DNA of 60,987 nt, counting the filler, from Nemertoderma westbladi (Eukaryota; Animalia; Xenacoelomorpha), in NCBI GenBank assembly GCA_032718475.1. It is 3 parts of 3 records of this genome, joined end to end, with 100 filler letters (N's around TTAATTAATTAA, not from the genome) between each part and the next. Parts side by side here need not be neighbours in the genome. Positions count along the whole stretch, not along the records: positions 36,643 to 60,987 come from JAUCBJ010001626.1; 2 more parts are not named here. One strand, 5' to 3'. Below, one piece after another: positions 52,462 to 60,987 of this stretch. The stretch's first letter is position 1. Each line of letters starts with the position of its first letter. The notes beneath the pieces are model-generated. The model saw only the letters and a list, made by a program, of their open reading frames with translations. It did no database searches and was not told where the DNA came from. Made by a program: the position numbers and the translations under genes.

Positions 52462-53385
52462 ATATAATGAGTTAAGTGCCGTTATATAGTCCGTTGGAAT
52501 ATCGTTATATAGCCAGTAGGAAAGTCGTTATATAATGAGTAAATGCCGTTATATAGTCCGTTGGAATATCGTTATATAGCCAGTAGGAAAGTCGTTATAT
52601 AATGAGTTAAGTGCCGTTATATAGTCCGTTGGAATATCGTTATATAGCCAGTAGGAAAGTCGTTTTATAATGAGTTACGTGCCGTTATATAGTCCGTTGA
52701 AATATCGTTATATAGCCAGTAGGAAAGTCGTTATATAATGAGTTAAGTGCCGTTATATAGCCCGTTGGAATATCGTTATATAGCCAGTAGGAAAGTCGTT
52801 ATATAATGAGTTAAGTGCCGTTATATAGCCCGTTGGAATATCGTTATATAGCCAGTAGGAAAGTCGTTATATAATGAGTTAAGTGCCGTTATATAGTCCG
52901 TTGGAATATCGTTACATAGCCAGTAGGAAAGTCGTTATATAATGAGTTAAGTGCCGTTATATAGCCCGTTGGAATATCGTTATATAGCCAGTAGGAAAGT
53001 CGTTATATAATGAGTTAAGTGCCGTTATATAGCCCGTTGGAATATCGTTATATAGCCAGTAGGAAAGTCGTTATACAATGAGTTAAGTGCCGTTATATAG
53101 TCCGTTGGAATATCGTTACATAGCCAGTAGGAAAGTCGTTATATAATGAGTTAAGTGCTGTTATATAGTCCGTTGGAATATCGTTATATAGCCAGTAGGA
53201 AAGTCGTTATATAATGAGTTAAGTGCCGTTATATAGTCCGTTGGAATATCGTTATATAGCCAGTAGGAAAGTCGTTATATAATGAGTTAAGTGCCGTTAT
53301 ATAGCCCGTTGGAATATCGTTATATAGCCAGTAGGAAAGTCGTTATATAATCAGTTAAATGCCGTTATATAGTCCGTTGGAATAT
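52462..53385. repeat. 68-bp minisatellite, ~13.5 copies, built from three CGTTATATA-containing subunits
   Basis: AATGAG recurs every 67-68 bp. Confidence 0.93.
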
Positions 53386-53981
53386 CTCTCTCTCTCTCTC
53401 TCTCTCTTAAAAAAAAAATTCACCGTATAATTTTTATCATCGCAATAATAAGATTGATTAAACCCAATACATTCGTACATTACTAGAACGCCATCAAGAT
53501 GGCTTTAAACGAAACCTGTAATACACAGACTCCAAGAAACAGAAGGGATTGGAAGATGCAAACCAAGAATGACTTGCATCAACCAAAAAACTGCCCCCCC
53601 CCCCCCCCCCTCCCATCTAATGTAATAGGCCTACATATTCGCCTAGACAAACAAATCATAATCACAATTAGTGCGATGTGTGAAATGTGATCCTTATCCG
53701 TAACCTGGGAAACGGCTCCAAAGATCAGTTTATTCTGCATTGGAGCAACAAGCCTCCTATGAACGTTTGTGAAATGTTCCCTTAAGACTACCCAACAGCC
53801 GTTGGTACCCGGCTGGCACCCTGGGTTCAGTTTTCTGGTTTTGTTAGTTGCAAACTGTTGTAAACGTCCCAGATATACAAAACATACTCCTTTACATTAC
53901 AATTGAGCTTAGCCTGAGTTGATGATAGTATTACAGTATAACGATAACAATAAGCCCTATAGATACATACGATATATAAAT

Positions 53982-54420
53982 TGTGACGGGATCAAGGGAT
54001 CCCGACCGGATTTGTCTATTACGCGTCACCGTGTTTACCTTTGGGTGATACCTAGGCTGAGGCCGTTGCAGTAAAACAATAAGAGTTAATTGATGTTTCT
54101 TAATACTCGGATAATGAATATATATGTGATAGCACAGTAAGAGTTACAGTTAGGCAGCATTGATATATGATGGATGGCTGTACCAGTAAATATATGTATT
54201 GGTGACGGTGACGGTATAGAATATCACCGGTCTGCACTGAACTGATGACTGAGTAACTGAACCGGTAATGTTATACATTGACAATATATTTGTAATCGTT
54301 TCTACACTATTGTGGCCTTTGTCCAGTGGATGCTTTCCCCCGCTCCTATTGGCTGATAACCCACTTCACGCCTCTCACCTCTTTGGGAGTGCCTCCCCCT
54401 CTGTTGGCCCCTGTTGGTTA
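53982..54420 (-). mobile_element. Probable 3' LTR of a large minus-strand LTR element extending past the right window edge
   Basis: Ends ...CCCGTCACA on minus; TATAA-like (~54272) and TCAGT Inr-like motifs (~54245-54260) on minus; GGGGGGGAAAAA PPT-like tract at 54421-54432; 5' TG not intact, so the boundary is uncertain. Confidence 0.45.
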
Positions 54421-54486
54421 TTTTTCCCCCCCGAGGTGGTTTGACCTCTAACCTCCATTTGTGTGGCTTTGGGGTTCGTGTTATCC

Positions 54487-54844
54487 CCGTTATTGGTTGT
54501 GGTACGAGATTGGTTTTTACCAATCTCGTACCTCCGACATATTACTGAAAAGATGCCACTTCCCATTTTATGAGGGTAATGCAGCGGAACTGAATCCGCT
54601 TACACTCCCCCCATGCTATCTTCCCGGTGAGAAGATAGCATCACCCATAAGTACGCTTCAATTCCGCTGGAACCCGATCTACTATCGGGTGTGGGGTGGA
54701 GTTCGTTTCTTGGAGTCGGCTTTCCAGGCCGCTCCCTCTGGGGATGATGTCACTACCCCCTCTTGGTGCAACCCCAACCTGTGTTGCACCAAGACATCTG
54801 GTGTCTCGGTTCGAGACAATTGTGGACTCATCTCACACAATTTT
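54487..54844. other. Hairpin-rich conserved module, copy 1 (candidate structured RNA)
   Basis: Several strong stems; duplicated at 59343-59700 with compensatory changes. Confidence 0.7.
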
Positions 54845-55475
54845 ATATCTCCACTCTACCCAGCACTGACTCTGACTTCTCTAGTTCCACTCTAACTCCA
54901 CTCCACTTTCGGACCTCTTTGTCCCTCACTCTGCCTCTTACTCCTCACCCCCCCACATTTGAATCGCACCCGTATTCTCTCCACACGCGTCAACACCACC
55001 TCTCACTGTCTCCCCTGCGTTCCTGTACTCAACCCCTACTCGTTCCGCTCCACTCACTCCTGACGAACCTCACCCTCCCCTTTTGCGCCGTCGCACTCAA
55101 GAAGTGTGAGTCGTCTAGTGTCTCGTCCTGTCATAGTCAATTGGTCCCCAGTCCCAGTAGCTAGTTGGAAAAGGTTACATGACTATACTACTTACTTTGA
55201 TTATATTGGATATTGATTATATGATTATATTCTATTGATTACTACATACGTACATACTAATTGCACTTTTATTAAATTTGCACTTAGAAGTTCGTATTAC
55301 TTCGCATGTGGTGCCTTCCAGGCATCCCCACATCTCCCCCTCCAAGTTCTAGTTCGCTCCTCCTGCCTTTGGGAACCATCTCAGTTCCTTCCTTCTGTCG
55401 CCGTCCTGTCTCGGTCGCTTCCTGGTTGCCTGGCTCCCTTGCTCTTGTCCTCCTTAAGGTTCCTCATCCTTGCCA

Positions 55476-57568
55476 TTACTTCCCTACTGATTCCCGTGGT
55501 CGATTCCTTAGCTCCCGATATTGCTTCGCAGGTGGCCCCTCCGAATGCCCCTGCTGCTTTCCCCACCGGAACTCCTGGGCCTTCATTCGCTGCAGCGTCA
55601 TGACGCCGACATCGGCCCACTCCTCGAAGATCTTAAACTTCTCCTCGTCGTCCATCCAGTTGCACTGGTGTCCGTAGTGCCCCCGGAAGTTGCACTTAGA
55701 ACACTGGTTGTGCAACCGTGGAAACGCCCCCATCCTGTGACTCGACTCGCGACAGTAGAGGCAGCTCGTCCCCTTCTGGAATCGATACAAGCAGCTCCTT
55801 TCCTGGTGAGTAAGCCTCCCGCAGTAATCGCAGCCGAGTACCAACGCGTCCCGCCCCAAGTCGTCCTTTGCCCCAAGCGACCTCCTCGGTCTATGGAGCC
55901 GCTGGTAAGCAAACTTCTGGACGTTAACGTCTCTGTCCATATCTATGTCCTCGTCTCGCCTCGGCATCGTCTCTCCGAACACTACCCGTGGTGCCGTTCC
56001 CAGTTGCTCACCTAGCCTGGTGGTGCTCCCCGCAAAATCAATCGCCGGCTCCTCATGCACCCAGGCCCGCTTGCCGGGTTTGTCCCAGAAAGCCCTCGCC
56101 CCGCTGGCCGTCACCACTCTCCCGCCAACCCAGTCCCTGTCTGAGTGGCCAATCCTCTCAATGGGCGGTATCTCCCCAAACTCGTCGTCATCCTCATCCT
56201 CCGCTGGGAGTAGATCCAAACTGCCCGCTGGCATGGGCATCGCTTGCAATCCCGATGTCGACTGTTTCGGCGATCCTTCCGTCCATCCCAACTCCTGCCC
56301 CAGAGACTCGCCCGAGCTCCATGATGCCCACTGCAAATCGTCCAAGGCCTGGGCCTCGAACCCATAGCCCTCTCCTCTAGCTTCCGCCTCTCTTTCGTCT
56401 GCCTCCCTCTTTTCTTATCTAGCGATTTCTTCCAATCGCTTCTCCTCTTGTCTATCCGCATCCAGCTTCTCCCACCTCTGATATGGTGTATCCACCTCCC
56501 TGTCTACTAGATATCGGCAATTGTAGTATACCGACTCGCCCTTCAGCCCCAGATGGTCTGCCAGACCCTCGAAGGCCACTTTGAAGGCTCTTCTGTAGTT
56601 CAGGGGTGATCCCGACAGCAGAAACGCCATTGGCTCTCTTCCGATAACAACGGCCATGAATAGGTTTAGTAAACCTATCATTATCCAATCCTCCTGCAGA
56701 ATATATCGCTTCTGATATATCTTTATCGCTCCTCTCCGGAATTGATACACCTCCTGTTTCCACGGCCTCGCTCCCCACTTCAGCGAGTTCGCCAACTCCG
56801 CTCCGTACTCCTCCCTGAATTTACCCCAGTCCATCGGCTTGTGGCAGACGAGCCCCATTAGCTGGACCATCACCACCGCTCCACAATGTCCTGTGTTCTC
56901 TACTAGTCCCAACCCGACTGGCCCTGTCATAGCCATGTAGACCGTTTGCATGTCCAGGAGGTTGGGGGTCTCCGGACTGATGATCCTCTCCGCATCGCCG
57001 CGGATCGCCGATCCCACCTTCATCGTCGACTTCTCTCTTACTACATTCTCCACTGCCCTTGGCAACCGGTTCAACTTCAGCCAGCTCTTCTTCCCATACG
57101 TTCCCAGATCGAACAGGAATATGTCCCCATTTGGCGCAGCCAAATGCAGAAGTATGGTTCTGGCCGACCCCGCCGACCCTCTCCTCGAACCCTCATCGTC
57201 TTCCACGGTCCTTTCGTCATCTAGGACCATGTATCCTCCCCTGCTGACGGACTCTACGAACCTCTTCCAGTCCTTTCTCGGTGGCTCCTTGGATACTTCA
57301 GTATCCCAAACTTCGCCTCGTCTCCCTTTACCACGTAGTGGAAATGCTCGAAGATCGTGTTGTCTAGCGACGGCGTCCCGTAGGTCCCGACCAGCCGCCT
57401 CTCGTGCACCTCCCTGAAATGGTCCTGCAGAACTCGCGCCTTGTGACCCTTCTCTAACCCCTCGTAGTATCCCCTCGTCTTCTCCTCCGGATGCCTCTCG
57501 GTGAAATCTACTAGTATCTCCTTTCCACCCATTTCTGCCTTTCTCTTTCTGACAAGTCTCTCCGCCAT
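55476..57568 (-). pseudogene. DEDDy-type 3'-5' exonuclease (WRN/EXD2/Mut-7-like) fused to three CCHC-type zinc knuckles, disrupted
   Basis: Exo I VLDDE; HLAAPNGDIFLFDL; KVGSAIRGD (Exo II); NLLDMQ; WGARP...QKRYILQED (Exo III-like); knuckles CDYCGRLTHQERSC, CLYCRESSHRMGAF, CSKCNFRGHYGHQC; frameshift near 57280-57300 and in-frame TAA at 56415-56417; intronless. Confidence 0.72.
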
Positions 57569-58039
57569 TTCGAACGCTTCCGATCGCCTACCTACCAAGG
57601 CTCAATATAGGTGAGTGATGTAGTTAGGATGGTCTGTGGCCTATCTCCCTCAGAACGCTAGGTTTTATTGCTGAATTTGCCTATTTACCCCTTAAAGTAC
57701 TAAATTTCCCTAAATTCCCTAAATCTGTCAGTTACTTAAATTATGTTCTAGAATATTTTGCCTACTGTTGCTATAATTTGTCGAATCTGATTTTTAATAT
57801 TAATTTTAATTCTATTACTGTGCTATCAATACTTATGATGGATTATTTATTTTAAATAACCCCTATGGTTTGTATACAGGATAGACTAGCTATTCCTTAC
57901 TATGCTAGTCTGCACCAGGTAACCTCCTGGCCCTGTATCAAACATTCTGACCTACTCTACGGGCTGTGCAGTACAGTAGTATGTCCCGTGCGGCCTACAC
58001 AGTCTGTCCTGCTGTACCCACATGCCCCCCACTCACTTC

Positions 58040-59135
58040 TTACTACTAACCCTTCTAACTCTCTAACTCTACTAATTCCCTAACTCTTACTAACTCTCTA
58101 ACTAACGGTACTACTTACCTTCTTACTCTCTAACTAACTCCTCTAACGGTACTACGTACCCTCTTACTACTAACTAACTCCACCAACAGTACTACATACC
58201 CTCTTACTCTCTAACTAACTCCTCTAACGGTGCTACGTACCCTCTTACTCTCTAACTAACTCCTCTAACGGTACTACGTACGCTCTTATTACTAACTCTT
58301 ACTAACGGTACTACGTACCCTCTTACTACTAACTCTTACTAACGGTACTACGTACCCTCTTACTACTAACTCTTACTAACGGTTTTTTTTTTTTTTTTTG
58401 GCTGCTTAGTGCTTTTTTTATTTTTATTGACAAACTTGACAAATATATAAAAAGACACATAAAAGTTATAAAAAATAAGAAAAACCTCACCCACCACCAG
58501 GCTACTGTACAATGTTGCTTGGCTTAGCGGGAATTTCAAAATTAGTTTATTCTTGTATCAGCATTTGCCAACCGGATGGAGGCTTGGGCGATGTCCTGAT
58601 ATGTGCCTGCATAGGCAAGGCGAAACTGAGTTGCCGTCGCACCCAGTTCACACATTCGCTATATGGCGTCTCGCGACGTTCCGCCAACTTGGAAGCGAGA
58701 TGCTTCACAAACAGCGTTGTAGTGGGTGAGATACCCCCCAACGCTGAAAATATGAGGGGTGTAAACGTCGCGAGTTCGACCTCCCTGATCCGTTCCTGAT
58801 ATTTGTTCCGTTTCCGGTTCTCGTGGAATTGATGGGCGGCGTTGAGTTCCATAGCTGCGTTCGTTGGGGCGAGGGGATTGAAAACTGAAACGTCAATAAA
58901 CGTCTTCTGGAATCGACGGTACTACACGTACCCTCTTACTACTAACTCTTACTAACTCTTACTAACGGTACTACACATACCCTCTTACTAATAACTCTTA
59001 CTAACTCTTACTAACGGTACTACACGTACCCTCTTACTACAACTCTTACTAACTTTTACTAACGGTACTACACGTACCCTCTTACTACTAACTCTTACTA
59101 ACTTCTATCTGCCTACTTACTTACTACTACGTAGT
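58040..59135. repeat. Tandem CTCTTACTAAC / CGGTACTACGTACC minisatellite, split by a LINE insertion
   Basis: Variable ~36-47-bp units on both sides of 58384-58915. Confidence 0.85.
58384..58915 (-). mobile_element. 5'-truncated CRE-clade non-LTR retrotransposon (restriction-like endonuclease C-terminus, 3' UTR, poly-A)
   Basis: DVSVFNPLAPTN..HENRKRNKYQERIREVELATFTPLIFSALGG..WVRRQLSFAL pattern; poly-T on plus at 58383-58399; short TSD ACGGT. Confidence 0.85.
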
Positions 59136-59342
59136 ATGTACTATTGCTTTCCTTTCTCTCACTTTCTTTCTATTATTTATTATTTTTATTATTATTTATA
59201 TTTTTTGCGGGAAGGGCGTCTCGCCCTCAATCCCACCCCCCTCAGTCCAACACTTGGACGACTAAACTCTATGGTGCCCCTTCTAGCAGGCAACATTTAC
59301 CTACAGCCCTCCTGTAGGTCTTCCTATCTTTTGCTCCTATAT

Positions 59343-59700
59343 CCGTTATTGGGTGTAATACGAGATTGGTTGTTACCAATCTCGTATCTCCAATATTGCT
59401 GAAAAGGGCGCCACTGTCCTAACTTATGAGGGTAATGAGGCTGAATTGAATCCGCTCACACTCCCCCTCATGCTATCTTCCCGGTGAGAAGATAGCATCA
59501 CCTATGAGTGCGCTTCAATTCCGCTGGAACCCGATCTACTATCGGGTGTGGGGTGGAGTTCATTTACTTGGAGTCGGCTTTCCAGGCCGCTCCCTCTGGG
59601 TATGATGTTACTACCCCCTCTTGGTGCAACCCCAACCTATGTTGCACCAAGACATCTGGCGTCTCGGTTCGAGACAATTGTGGAATCCTCACACAATTTT
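59343..59700. other. Hairpin-rich conserved module, copy 2
   Basis: Direct repeat of 54487-54844 with stems preserved; weaker homology continues to ~59860. Confidence 0.7.
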
Positions 59701-60070
59701 AAAAACTCTCTCACCCTGAACTCTGACTTCTCACTAACTCCACTTCGGCTCTATCTTACTCTCTCTAACTTCACTCTGCTCCCCCCCCCCCCCCCCCCCA
59801 CATTCGAATTGCACTCCACTTTCTCTCGCGCCAACACCTCCTCTCACTATCTCCCTGTGCTCCTCTACTCTCTGCCACTCCCAAAGGTGCTAAATCTCTT
59901 ATGCAACCATACTCTGCTATTATTATTCTTACTTACTACTTACTTGCTACTTACTACTTACTTCTTCACTCTACTAACTCTGCGAACTTTACTAACTATG
60001 GAGGGGGGTAACGGCCCCCTCCATATTTCCGTGTCGCACGACCTGTTCTCGTCCAGGGGGTTCGATGTTC

Positions 60071-60987
60071 TTATTCCTGTTTGAGTGTATTGTTGATATT
60101 GTAATGGGGGAATGTCACCCTGTCCCCCACCCCCCCCCCCCCCCCCCCCCCCACCGGTATGTTTGGTACTGGGGTTGATGTTAATATTTTGGGGCCCATA
60201 CACCTATCTGCAATAACTCTCCCCTCCCCTGGATATATGTTATGTCCCTGCATATTATAGTCATGCTGCTGTGCTGGTACCGATATTGGCCTATCCACTT
60301 CTTGCCTGCCTACCGGTATATACGCCGCGACTTCCGGATCTAATCCCGTCATTCGCGCTACCCTATCGCCTACACTATCTCTCCCAGCATGGCCTATAGT
60401 ATGTGCAGTAAGGCCTACAGTATGTTCTGCAGTCTGCATGTGCCCTTCCAGACCGAAGTTTAACCTTCTCGAATAATTCAAGAAGTCCTCCCCGCGACTA
60501 CCTTACTCTCGATCAGCAGCTATATCCTGTCGGGAAGTTTCTCTTCGATCCCCTCTCCTGTTCTCTTCCTCGTATCAGTACGTCCTGTACCCTTCTCTTA
60601 GTGTGCGGTGCGTCTCTCCGGGGCGACGGCAATCTCCCAGAGTTCGACCCCACTGACTCCCTAAATCCATCTCTACTACCGACGGCTCGCTATCCGTCCT
60701 CGCTCTCCGGTTGCTCGTAGCAATGATTCTTCTATTCTCTTCACTTCCTCCCAGTTAAACTCTACTATTCTTCTTCTCTCTTCCGACTGACGTCTTCTCG
60801 CTCGCCCACTCTCGGCGCTAACATCTGACTGTACTCTGTCCGGCTGGACCCTCATGGGTATACTCATCATCCCCCTACTATTCTCCATCGTCGGGTGCCG
60901 CGGTTCACCTAACTTGCCCCGCGCATTATCCGCCGACGCTTGTGGGGCATTCTCTGCCCCCCCCCCCCTCTCTCGCCACTAATCTCT
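60071..60987 (-). pseudogene. Degenerate ORF block of unknown function, probably another accessory ORF of the same element
   Basis: ORF fragments 60676-60888 and 60071-60481 with the same purine-rich minus-strand composition as the exonuclease ORF; several stops; no recognised domain. Confidence 0.35.

Noticed and set aside
54240-54265. CTGATGA as a hammerhead core in the LTR-like segment
   Set aside because: No stem II or GAAA follows; better read as TCAGT Inr-like motifs on the minus strand
53982-54306. Solo LTR ending at TCTACA
   Set aside because: Flanks TAAAT and CTATT do not form a TSD, so a longer LTR attached to internal sequence is preferred
55521-57417. Plus-strand ORFs overlapping the exonuclease region (also over SMC4)
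   Set aside because: Antisense shadows of GC-rich coding sequence with no motifs

Overview
Eukaryotic, AT-rich, repeat-dense animal (probably invertebrate) genomic DNA with two scaffold gaps (18364-18463, 36543-36642). Host genes: six minus-strand exons of an ankyrin+armadillo (ANKAR-like) gene (9361->2052), a complete three-exon avidin-family gene nested antisense in one of its introns (7300-8904), and the terminal exon of condensin SMC4 (26496->25723), which sits inside an apparently tandem-duplicated 9-11 kb satellite-rich unit. The rest is mostly mobile DNA: two RTE LINE copies, MULE-, piggyBac-, Harbinger- and Tc1/mariner-type MITEs, a non-autonomous Helitron with a 146-bp CTCF-like-motif array, several satellites, a CRE-clade LINE fragment and four LTR-type elements. 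Most notable are (i) a putative LTR element at 53982-60987 carrying a degenerate DEDDy 3'-5' exonuclease + triple CCHC zinc-knuckle ORF and a duplicated ~360-nt hairpin-rich module with compensatory substitutions after each ORF block, and (ii) a young Gypsy element (46741-50989) with no tRNA PBS but a 13-nt LTR-complementary sequence, suggesting self-priming. All calls were made by eye; no database searches were run.
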